A DNA stretch of 64,000 bases from Macrostomum lignano (lineage: Eukaryota), in contig NIVC01001739.1 of the NCBI GenBank assembly GCA_002269645.1, positions 1 through 64,000 of the forward strand, read 5' to 3'. Within the stretch, counting starts at the first letter, position 1. Every line of letters begins with the position of its first letter. Under the pieces are notes generated by a model. The model saw only the letters and a program-made list of their open reading frames with translations. It made no database searches and was not told where the DNA came from. Below are positions 13,118 to 39,000 of this stretch, one piece after another. A program made the translations under genes and the position numbers.

Positions 13118-13441
13118 ACGCGTATGACATGAACACAGCCACAAATAACTACCCTCACAACACAACGTTGACAGCTAAAATCAGATTCTATATTACCTAG
13201 ATGTTACTCCAGAATTCGCTAGATGTATTTAGCGCCCGTCTCCGAGGCCCCGAAAATCCAGGGGTTAGGGCCACAGACACCAACTGCTAATGTCTTGACA
13301 GCAGCAGAAGCTATAGTCTATGGTTCAGGCAGATTATGTCATGCGCGTTTTACCAAGGCAACCATTGCGAGCCCTCCCCCTCCACAATTAAGTTACTGCC
13401 CTTAGTTACCGCCAAATGTACATGTACGCTACTGTTCATTC

Positions 13442-13663
13442 CATACATGCGCAACTTACATGTGAAAAAACCCTAAAGCAAAAGCAACTTTGGGTAAACA
13501 GCAGGAGGAACTATTACTGTATTATTTAGCCAAAATGCCTCGTCAGCTACTTAGTATTACTACTTAAGGTGTTTTTTCGGGTGGGCATTTTTGCGACTTC
13601 CTTGGTTGGCCGCCAAATCGGTCGGCCGGATCGGCCGGCTCGGCTGACTGTTGCGCATGTATG
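13442..13663 (+). mobile_element. MITE, 222 bp, same family as 10086-10264
   Basis: Perfect 14-bp TIR catacatgcgcaac (13442-13455) and gttgcgcatgtatg (13650-13663). Perfect 8-bp TSD gttcattc at 13434-13441 and 13664-13671. Shared interior tttgggtaaac.gcaggag.aactat.actgt. Confidence 0.88.
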
Positions 13664-13994
13664 GTTCATTCGCTCACTACATGTAATTTCCTGACCGAAG
13701 GTTCTGAACGAACACCAGTGCTTGACACGGCTCTCGACTTGACTCGTCATTGCCGACTTATTATATTTATTTCAACTGCGAGACTAAACATGTAGAGTAC
13801 AGGTAGTTTTGCGTTAAAGTATATGCGTACTATTTTGTATTCCGCGCAATTTGCACCCGGAATCTTCGCGTGTGCCTTTCCTGCCGCTAAACCGACCGCG
13901 ATTGGTGAGGCTTGTTTGCGTCGCGCTCCCCGCTTCCTTCCATACAATGCAACTCATTCGGACTTGCGGTGTGGCCCGAGGAGCTGCCTCTGAG

Positions 13995-14143
13995 TTTGTC
14001 TCCGTCTGTCTGTCTTGTCTGTCTGTCTGTCTGTCCGCCTGTCTGTCTGCCTGTCTGCCTTAGTGTCTTGTCTGTCTGTCTGTCTGCCTGTCTGCCTTAG
14101 TGTCTTGTCTGTCTGTCTGTCTGTCTGCCTGTCTGCCTTAGTG

Positions 14144-14176
<33 letters not shown>

Positions 14177-14880
14177 CCTGTCTTAGTGTCTGTCTGTCTG
14201 TCTTAGTGTCTGTCTGTCTGTCTGTCTTAGTATCTTGTCTGTCTGTCTGTCTTAGTGTCTGTCTGTCTGTCTTAGTGTCTGTCTGTCTGTCCGTCTGTCT
14301 TAGTGTCTGTCTGTCTGTCCGTCTGTCTTAGTGTCTTGTCTGTCTGCCTGTCTTAGTATCTGTCTGTCTGTCTGTCTTAGTATCTTGTCTGTCTGCCTGT
14401 CTTAGTATCTTGTCTGTCTGCCTGTCTGTCTGCCTGTCTTAGTGTCTGTCTGTCTGTCTTAGTGTCTGTCTGTCTGTCCGTCTGTCTTAGTGTCTGTCTG
14501 TCTGTCTGTCTGTCTTAGTATCTGTCTGTCTGTCTGTCTTAGTATCTTGTCTGTCTGTCTGTCTTAGTGTCTGTCTGTCTGTCTTAGTGTCTGTCTGTCT
14601 GTCCGTCTGTCTTAGTGTCTGTCTGTCTGTCCGTCTGTCTTAGTGTCTTGTCTGTCTGCCTGTCTTAGTATCTGTCTGTCTGTCTGTCTTAGTATCTTGT
14701 CTGTCTGCCTGTCTTAGTATCTTGTCTGTCTGTCTGTCTTAGTGTCTGTCTGTCCGTCTGTCTGTCTGTCCGTCTGTCTTAGTGTCTTGTCTGTCTGCCT
14801 GTCTTAGTGTCTGTCTGCCTGTCTTAGTATCTTGTGTGTCTACCTATCTTAGTGTCTTGTCTATCTGTCTGTCTGCCTAC
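13995..14880. repeat. (TGTC)n microsatellite interrupted by ttag/ttagta
   Basis: Directly visible. Confidence 0.95.
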
Positions 14881-15719
14881 GTGTCGCAGCCGACCAAGAA
14901 GCCCCACCCAACAGCGAAATCAACTGTAGTTATGCGTCCCTTCTCAGGTAGACAAAGCTGTTGCTGAATTAGCAAGTTTGAATTCCGCATTGTATCCCAT
15001 GCTAAACATTCACTGTGAGAGCATTACTAACGCAAACCTGTCGCTAACTCCCATCATTATTAAAGCTGTTTGGTTTAGCAATGGTTCATTTATGAGAAGC
15101 GTAAATCCTTGTTACGAAAATGATTTATCAAAAATTGTTCTTTTCTCCTTCGAAATGCGAGCTTCCCAATGCGACATTCTGGATTTGTTTTGGTTTCATT
15201 TTTGAGCACCAGATCGCGAGTTGAATATATTCTATATATGCATATTATTAGTATAAATAAATTTGTCAAATCACACGAGTCCAGGAGTTCAACATTTCAA
15301 TGTACTTTACGGCTTTGAATTGGATTTCTGTACTTAAAATCTAAATAGTAATCTAAATAGTAAATAAAATCATTAGCATTGTATTTGCAATGAATATTAG
15401 TAATTATACACATTAATAATCAATAGATTTAGAATAATCAATTTTGTGGAACAAAAAACTCTCGCAGGACTTCCAGCCTGTTCAGTAAACGGTTGCAAAT
15501 ATTGCAGGTTATAACAAGCAAATCTGTTAGATATTGCGGTGCATGCCCAGATAAGTTGACTGGTTATTCATTTTTAATGATTCTGTTTTTTAACAGTCAG
15601 TCGTTTGGCGAACACAAATTGCACTGCTTGTTTTAATGCGATACGAATAACACAAATATAACATCGGAGAGTGTGCGGCGTTGCTGCGATGGAGAGAATG
15701 GAGGCATACTAAATTAGTG

Positions 15720-17590
15720 ACAGGCAGATAGACAGACACGGATAGAGGTGGACAGGCAGGTGAACAGACACAGATAGAGGTGGCCAGACACGGATAGAGG
15801 TGGACAGGTAGGTGGACAGACACGGATAGAGATGGACAGGCAGGTGGACAGGTAGGTGGACAGACACGGATAGAGATGGACAGGTAGGTGGCCAGACACG
15901 GACAGAGGTGGACAGGCAGGTGGACAGGCAGGTGGACAGACACGGATAGAGGTGGACAGGCAGGTGGACAGACACGGATAGAGGTGGCCAGACACGGACA
16001 GAGGTGGACAGGTAGGTGGACAGGTAGGTGGACAGACACAGATAGAGGTGGACAGGCAGGTGGACAGGTAGGTGGACAGACACGGACAGAGGTGGACAGG
16101 AAGGTGGACAGGCAGGTGGACAGACACGGATACAGGTGGACAGGCAGGTGGACAGACACGGATAGAGGTGGACAGGTAGGTGGACAGACACGGACAGAGG
16201 TGAACAGGCAGGTGGACAGACACGGATAGAGGTGGACAGGCAGGTGGACAGACACGGATAGAGGTGGCCAGACACGGATAGAGGTGGACAGGCAGGTGGA
16301 CAGACACGGAAAGAGGTGGACAGGCAGGTGAACAGACACAGATAGAGGTGGCCAGACACGGATAGAGGTGGACAGGTAGGTGAACAGACACAGATAGAGG
16401 TGGCCAGACACGGATAGAGGTGGACAGGTAGGTGGACAGACACGGATAGAGGTGGACAGGTAGGTGGACAGACACGGACAGAGGTGAACAGGCAGGTGGA
16501 CAGACACGGATAGAGATAGACAGGTAGGTGGACAGACACGGATAGAGATGGACAGGTAGGTGGCCAGACACGGACAGAGGTGGACAGGTAGGTGGACAGA
16601 CACGGATAGTGATGGACAGGTAGGTGGACAGACACGGATAGAGATGGACAGGTAGGTGGACAGACACGGATAGAGATGGACAGGTAGGTGGACAGACACA
16701 GATAGAGGTGGACAGACACGGATACAGGTGAACAGGTAGGTGGACAGACACGGATAGAGATGGACAGGTAGGTGGACAGACACGGATAGAGGTGGACAGG
16801 TAGGTGGACAGACACGGATAGAGATGGACAGGCAGGTGGCCAGACACGGACAGAGGTGGACAGACAGGTGGCCAGACACGGATAGAGATGAAGAGACAGG
16901 TGGACAGACACGGATAGAGGTGGACAGGCAGGTGGACAGACACGGATAGAGGTGGACAGGCAGGTGGACAGACACGGATAGAGGTGGCCAGACACGGACA
17001 GAGGTGGACAGGTAGGTGGACAGACACAGATAGAGGTGGACAGGCAGGTGGACAGGTAGGTAGACAGACACGGATAGAGATGGACAGGTAGGTGGCCAGA
17101 CACGGACAGAGGTGGACAGGCAGGTGGACAGGCAGGTGGACAGACACGGATAGAGGTGGACAGGCAGGTGGACAGACACGGATAGAGGTGGCCAGACACG
17201 GACAGAGGTGGACAGGAAGGTGGACAGGCAGGTGGACAGACACGGATACAGGTGGACAGACAGGTGGACAGACACGGATACAGGTGGACAGGTAGGTGGA
17301 CAGACACGGATAGAGGTGGACAGACACGGACAGAGGTGGACAGGCAGGTGGACAGACACGGATAGAGGTGGACAGACACGGATACAGGTGGACAGGTAGG
17401 TGGACAGACACGGATAGAGGTGGACAGGTAGGTGGACAGGTAGGTGGACAAACAGGTGGACAGACACGGATAGAGGTGGACAGACACGGATAGAGGTGGA
17501 CAGACACGGACAGAGGTGGACAGGCAGGTGGACAGACACAGATAGAGGTGGACAGACAGGTGGACAGACACGGATAGAGATGAAGAGAGT
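15720..17590. repeat. Compound GACA-derived minisatellite (gtggacagacacggatagag / gtggacaggcag modules)
   Basis: Directly visible; it produces the spurious 600-aa ORFs. Confidence 0.95.
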
Positions 17591-18013
17591 GAGACCAGTT
17601 TTAAAACATCAGACATTCTGATTCAGAAATCGCAAAACATTTTTGCAACCGAAAAGGCAAGGCAGCAACAGCCGGCATGAAATACTAACTGGTTAAGCTG
17701 ACAGGAAATCCGGTTAAAACAGACTGCCGCACCAAGATTGGGCAAATCTCCGAGATCAAAATTAAAATGAAGAAAATGCGCAATAGAAAAATTTCATAGC
17801 ATAAAACGACACAAGCTAGTGAGAGTAGTACTGTCGGCGTTTGTTCATTATAAAAGAACGAGATCAGGAAAGCGACAGTTGCAGACACCAGCTGAGGACT
17901 AGCATGAGAATCACAGACTGATTCAGCCAATGCAGCTGCTAAAAACAGTCCATATTGACACAATTAAAAACCCAATTTCTAAATCCATACGGCCGCATCG
18001 AACTGCGCCAGAC

Positions 18014-32134
<14,121 letters not shown>

Positions 32135-34476
32135 GCAATCATATTTTTATAAAATTGATTAAATAATAATATAAATTCTTATAAAAATATATTGATTTAT
32201 ATATACAGCTAAAATTATTAATTAAACTTATGATTCATATATTATGGAAATGTAATTTATATTGTGGACATATTATTGACATTTACTAAGTTTACCTATT
32301 TATACTCATAGTTTTTTTCTACAAAAAATGCAATATACATTTTTGTATATTTTGTATATACAAAATTTACAATACTTTTTTTGTATCTTTTTGAATACAA
32401 AAATTCAAAAAGATATAGAAAATATTTTAAAAACATGTTCTGTCTTTTTTCTATTCACTATTTTTTTTATTGTTTTATTCATATATTCTCAAAATTTTGG
32501 TGCTTAATCAATCAGTTTTCCAACATACATTGCTTTAGACATCCTGTTGGCTAGGGTAGCTAGTTATTTATCATTTTGTTAATAATGGAATAAGGACTAA
32601 TAATGAACACTGCATATTAATTTATTATATATTGTATTATAAATACAATATTAAGTTATTAGAACGTAGCTTGTCTAATTTATAAATAATAAGAAAACAG
32701 AAGCTAAATTAGCAAAAATCTATAATTAATGATTTGATTTTCTGTTGGTTTGTAAAGTATTGTAATAATGACCTGATTTAGTTTAGTGTTAAATAGATGC
32801 AAATTTGACCATAAGCTTTAAGATTATTGAAGATTCAAATATCAGAATGCAAAAACCTAGCTTGAATATGCAACTAACTAGAAATAGGATTGAGTATGAG
32901 CTATGAGCAATGCCATGTATCTACTCCTAACTCTTGGGTTTTTTGCTAGTTGCTAGTACTAAGATGCAAAATTGCATCCAAGGTTCAATTAGAGGATGCA
33001 AATTAAAAAGTCAAGACGCATTCCTATTGAAAATTTGCATAAAAAATAAACAGGCTAGGTTTAGGCCCTACTCTCTTTCTCACTCTTTTTCTATTCCATT
33101 CTATTCCATTCTCATTTTAAAACTTTACTAGACTATATTGACTAGGCCTATCTTTGGACAAGTGCAAGTTGTTTTAGTAATGATTTTTTAAATGTTTTAG
33201 TGACAAATACAAGTTCTTTTTGGTAACAAGTTGCTTCTCTGACAAACACTGCATTGTGGTAAAAAATGAGAGATTTGGTAAGTTGTCACTTCAGTAATGG
33301 GAGGTGCTTTATAAATATCACTTTGTAGTCATTTTGTTAACATTTATGTTTGTATACTTCTAAAACTCCTTCAAAAGATCAATAGGCCTAGGCCCTATAC
33401 ATTATTTATTTAGAATAGAAAATCAAAGTTCTAATTATCAATATTTTAATAATAGACCTACTTCTATTACCTATAACCTATACCTAGGTTTATTTAATAG
33501 TACGTAAAAATAACGTAATTATCTGGTCCTTTTACTGAGCCCATGACACTTTAGGATTAATTACGAGCGTAATTGACTTCACATAAGAATAAGTAGTAGT
33601 AGTAACTTTGGCTCATTTCGTTGTATAATTCGACGAAAAAGTGTAATTTAAAAAAGTGCGGTGATTTAAGGGAGATTATGTTTTAGTTACAACAAAACTA
33701 ACTAAAGTTTAGTCTTTATTTATGTACATAAATATAAATCTATAAATAATATAAGATTAATTACATTAGAATAGCTAATAATGTTAAATTATTAGCAGGA
33801 ACTGCGGAACGAGTTTTTGCCTGGGCCGGGCAGGACCAAGTTTCCGAAACTCAAGCCCAGACCCTGTCTTGGACAGTGACCAAGAATTTGAGCAAAATTA
33901 TGCTGTTGAACGGTATTTGAGGGGGGCAATGCCCCCCCCCCCCCAAATCAATGTCAGGGGGGGGCGCTGCCCCCCTGTTCCGCGGCGCAATTAGGCTTAA
34001 TAAGTTTCTTTGGCACATTAAAAATACATATAGCAATACAGCCATATAGCCATCATATAGCCATATGCAATTTCATGTTATCAACAAAGTGGTAAACTAA
34101 CCTTTTAAATTATGTAAGCCATTTTTCCTCTAATCGATTACATAGATCTTACCTATACCCAACAGACCGTTTGTAGTATATAGGATTTGCAAATGGATCA
34201 TTAACCATGCAATTCACCGAAGTCTACTTTAAACAAAAATCAAATTAAAATAAGAACATAAATCGTAAATTAAGTTTTTGCAGTACGATTCGTTTTAACA
34301 TGTACATGTAGGTGAATCGGCCATACCTATACACATATTTTATGAACTCAAAATATACAATCAACAAAAGTATTGTTACTGTCAATGTATCAATGCATCT
34401 CATTTCGGCTTCGGCTTTAATTTTTTTCAACGCGTGTACTTAATTATTAGCACGAAAGCCTTGTGCAGACACTTAA

Positions 34477-34771
34477 GCAGGTGCGTCGCCACCGGGGGGG
34501 GGGAATGTCCCCAGTAAAAGCTATTGGGGGACATGCCAACGCTTTGTGTCCCCCACCCCCACCTTGTGACCCGTTGTGGCAAATTTTTCTTTCGGGTGCC
34601 AAAATATAGCGACTTCGGCGCCAAAACGAGTGCCTGCGGCGCCAAAATGAGTTCATGCGGAGCCAAAATGAGTGCCTGCGGCGCCAAAATGAGCGCTGAC
34701 AACACCGATTCTCAAACTAATGGACATGTAGCCTTGTCCCTCCACTACAAAATCCATGGCGAGGCCCCTGC
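34477..34771. mobile_element. Short GC-rich inverted-repeat element (MITE-like)
   Basis: gcaggtgcgtcgcca (34477-34491) matches the reverse complement of tggcgaggcccctgc (34757-34771) at 13/15. Internal G/C runs and ggcgccaaaa repeats. No clear TSD. Confidence 0.5.
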
Positions 34772-36031
34772 ACTAAGTCTAGGAAAAAGGCCGGGGTGGA
34801 GCTAAGATAGTGTGATGCCGCACTCAGGAAAGGAATTTCCTGAATTTTCATCTTGACTCTTGAAGTAATTTGAAGCAGAGCGCAAAAACAAGATCGCCGA
34901 AGTCTATCTCCAGAGGATTTCATTTATAAATATCACACAACTCAAATCCGCACAACAAATATCAACAAAAGTTAAAAGGTTTTCAATGCTTGAAATGAGA
35001 AACATAGCTCGTAATAATAGATATAATATATTTATATGCACATAGTAGTTCAGTAGTATACAAGTTAAATTATAACAAAGTTATAACCATATCAAAGCTT
35101 AGTATACATAGCCACATATTTTATTCTTATCAACGTAAGAAAAAGGAGCGCGTGCAACAGGATTAACAAGTGAATGAAAAGTGAACCAAAACTAGCAGGA
35201 TTGTGATAATTAATGCATGATTATTATATAAAATTAGCGCTGCTAGCGATTTTTAGACATTGAAATCTATTTTGTTATACTCTTTTCCAAGCTAAGCAGC
35301 TAGCTTTTCAAGTTCTAGGCAAGAACAATATCTAAATAAAGCTTGACAGACAGTCATAATTTACAGATATTAATAACAAAAATTGCACAAAGAAACTGCC
35401 TTCTTAGTTTAATAACAAGAGAGGAAGTAAAAATACGAAGTTTATCAAAAATAATTTTGCACTACTAATAGTAGTTTCTTATTAAATAGTCGGATTTTGA
35501 AACCAGGCATTTGAGAGAGCATCGTGATTCGTGATAGTTTGTGAGAGCAAGCGGATTGTCCGGCCACCAAAAATCTCCATGTTAGTAAAACAAAACGCGC
35601 AAACTAACATTCAAAAATAAAGAATATAATATTAACAGATTTCGCTAAATTTAAGCAATTCAAATTCGCGCCAATAGTTTCGTTTTTATAAGTTAACGGT
35701 CAAAACATGCAATAAAGATAAATCAGGAACACACAAAGACACTCGAGCATGCAGTGAGTTAAATAGTAAAATAAATAAATAAAGACGCAAAAAGCAATCT
35801 TGATTAGTCAGACAAAAAAACTGAGACTCATATTATATTTGACGCATCATTTAAACAAACAAACACGGTAAGTAATCCAATGAAATTGCAGCTTTTCAGT
35901 TTTCGTATATAATTTTTTTAATCACCAGGAACAAAAACTGAACATTTATAATGATTAATTATTCAATTGACAGAGATCGGCAATTATTCCACGCACGGGA
36001 ATAAAAGTGCAAATCAGTTGCAACGAAAAGT

Positions 36032-39000
36032 TCAATTTGGATGCAGCTTCGACTCGGATTTGCTTTTGCTCTTCTTATTAGTAAAGAAGCTCTGCAAGCC
36101 GGGGAAGTTTATGCCAGATTTCTTCTTGGTTAAACCGGCCGGCGGGTCGCCTGGCAACCGTTCGAGCAGGTCCTGGGGGATGAAGGGACGGGCTTTGATT
36201 CATTCATGCAGTGATCTAAGCTAGGCCCAATACACTGTTTACAATGTGGAAGCATTTCAGGTCATGACAGTTGTCTCAACAATTTGGATTAAATGACTTT
36301 CCACATCCTTTTGCATCGACAATATCTTTCGGAATTGATTAATTGTAGCAACAATTAGAGAATTGAGGCGCCGAAACCCCATTAATTAGAGAATTGTGGC
36401 GCCAAAACCCCATTAATTAGAGAACTGTGGCGCCAAAACCCCATTAATTAGAGAATTGTGGCGCCAAAACCATATTAATTAGAGAATTGTGGCGCCAAAA
36501 CCCCATTAATTAGAGAATTTTGGCGCCAAAACCCCTTAATTAGAGAATTGTGGCGCCAAAAACCCAATTAATTAGAGAATTGTGGCACCAAAACCCCATT
36601 AATTAGAGAATTGTGGCGCCAAAACCCCTTAATTAGAGAATCAAAGCGCCAAAACCCAATTAACTAGAGAATTGTGGCGCCAAAACCCCATTAATTAGAG
36701 AATTGTGGCGCCAAAACCATATTAATTAGAGAATTGTGGCGCCAAAACCCCATTAATTAGAGAATTTTGGCGCCAAAACCCCTTAATTAGAGAATTGTGG
36801 CGCCAAAAACCCAATTAATTAGAGAATTGTGGCGCCAAAACCCCATTAATTAGAGAATTGTGGCACCAAAACCCCATTAATTAGAGAATTGTGGCGCCAA
36901 AACCCCTTAATTAGAGAATTGTGGCGCCAAAATCTTTAGCGCGCTACCTTTTGAACAGCCTGAGTCATCCGGCCATCCAGCTGATAGTCGTTCAGCTGCG
37001 GTTGCGGAGGCGGCGGCGGCGGCGTCGGTCGGGCAGCGGCGGCCGGTAGGGAATTGTTATAAAGACCGACATTGTTGTTCAGAGTCGAACTGCTGTCCCC
37101 GGGGTTGAAAGAGGCGTTCCGCTGCTGCTGGCCGTTGCTGAGTTGCTGCTTCTGCTTTGAAGCGAGCGCCAGCTTTGAATTGGAGGTCCTGGATGGAGAG
37201 AGGGCGAGGCTGCTGTACACACCGTAGTTGGGCGAGTCTACTTCTTTCGGATTATAAATAGAATGCGAACTAGCTGTCTAGTCCCTAGGCTGTCCCTAGG
37301 AATCCTAAACTGGAAATCAAAAACTGGGGAATCCCAAACTGGGAAATAAACAACAGGGGGAATCCCGAACTGGGGAATTCCAAACTACGAGCGTAGGAAG
37401 TAAAAAAAAACAGGGAATCCCCAATTGGGGAATCCCAACTGGTGAATCCCAAATAGGGAAATAAAAACAGGTGAATCCCGAACTGGGGAATCCCAAAAAG
37501 GGAAATAAAAAACAGGGGAATCCCGAACTGGGGAATCCCGAACTGGGGAATCCCAAACTGGGGAATCCCAAATAGGAAAATAAAAAACAGGGGAATCCCG
37601 AACTGGGGAATCCAAAACTGGGGAATCCCAAATAGGGAAATAAAAAACAGGGAATCCTAATCTAAGAAACCCTAAACTGGGGAATCCCGATTTCATGGGG
37701 TATCTCAAACTGGGGGGGGGAATTTCATATTGAAGGAAATTCAAAAAGGGAAATTTGAAATCGGTACAGACCTAACTGTGAGAATCCGAAACTTGGGAAT
37801 TCCAAACTAAATGAATTCTAAACTGTGTGAATGCTGGAGGGAGGGGAATTCCAAGCTGGGGGAATCCCAGAATGACTAAAAATCAAGTATTAAGAACGAT
37901 CCCAGTCATTTTTTAAGACAGATAATTATTATCTACAGACAGAAGCAGACTATATTCGGAGACTGGAGTATAAATTGTTGAGTTTGATCCATTTGCTTAG
38001 AAGTTAAGCAGAGAGAAAATGCATTTAAACAAAAAACTGGATATGCCAAAATTGAATAAAATTTTATTAGTGGTCCATCATTTTACAACTGATTCAAAAT
38101 TTTCACAAAAAAATTGTGGCGAAAAGATAAATTTTATCGCTATTTAAGAGGAGAAAAGTTTCCTGAGTTAATTATTTCCGGTTAAAAATTTAATTTTCAT
38201 TTAAAGCCTAACGAATAAACTTGCAAAATCATATAACTTACTTTGAACTTGGAAGTTCACTTTTGAGAGTTGCAATTTCAGGAAAGCCATAAAATCGGAA
38301 TTGAATTTTGAGCGAGAGATATTCCATTGACCAAAGCAGGAAGAGGGCTACATAAAAAGATAAGAATCAGACAGACGGTGAGATGAGAGGGTGAGATAAA
38401 CACACTGAGACATGAGAGGGTGAGATAAACACACTGAGACATGAGAGAATGAGATAAACACACTGAGACATAAGGGTGAGATAAACATACTGAGACATGT
38501 GAGGGTGAGATAAACACACTGAGACATGAGGGTGAGATAAACACACTGAGACATGAGAGGGTGAGATAAACACACTGAGACATGTGAGGGTGAGATAAAC
38601 ACTGAGACATGTGAGGGTGAGATAAACACACTGAGACATGTGAGGGTGAGATAAACACACTGAGACATGAGATGGTGAGATAAACACACTGAGACATGAG
38701 AGGGTGAGATAAACACACTGAGACATGAGAGAATGAGATAAACACACTGAGACATAAGGGTGAGATAAACATACTGAGACATGTGAGGGTGAGATAAACA
38801 CTGAGACATGTGAGGGTGAGATAAACACACTGAGACATGAGAGAATGAGATAAACACACTGAGACATAAGGGTGAGATAAACATACTGAGACATGTGAGG
38901 GTGAGATAAACACACTGAGACATGTGAGGGTGAGATAAACACACTGAGACATGAGATGGTGAGATAAACACACTGAGACATGAGAGGGTGAGATAAACAC

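Noticed and set aside
10086-13663. Already-transposed composite (Pack-type) element carrying the ETS gene
   Set aside because: The outer flanks (actcaaat versus gttcattc) do not match, and each MITE has its own TSD.
13960-13995. tRNA or SINE A-box-like gtggcccgagg
   Set aside because: No B-box or cloverleaf; it runs directly into a microsatellite.
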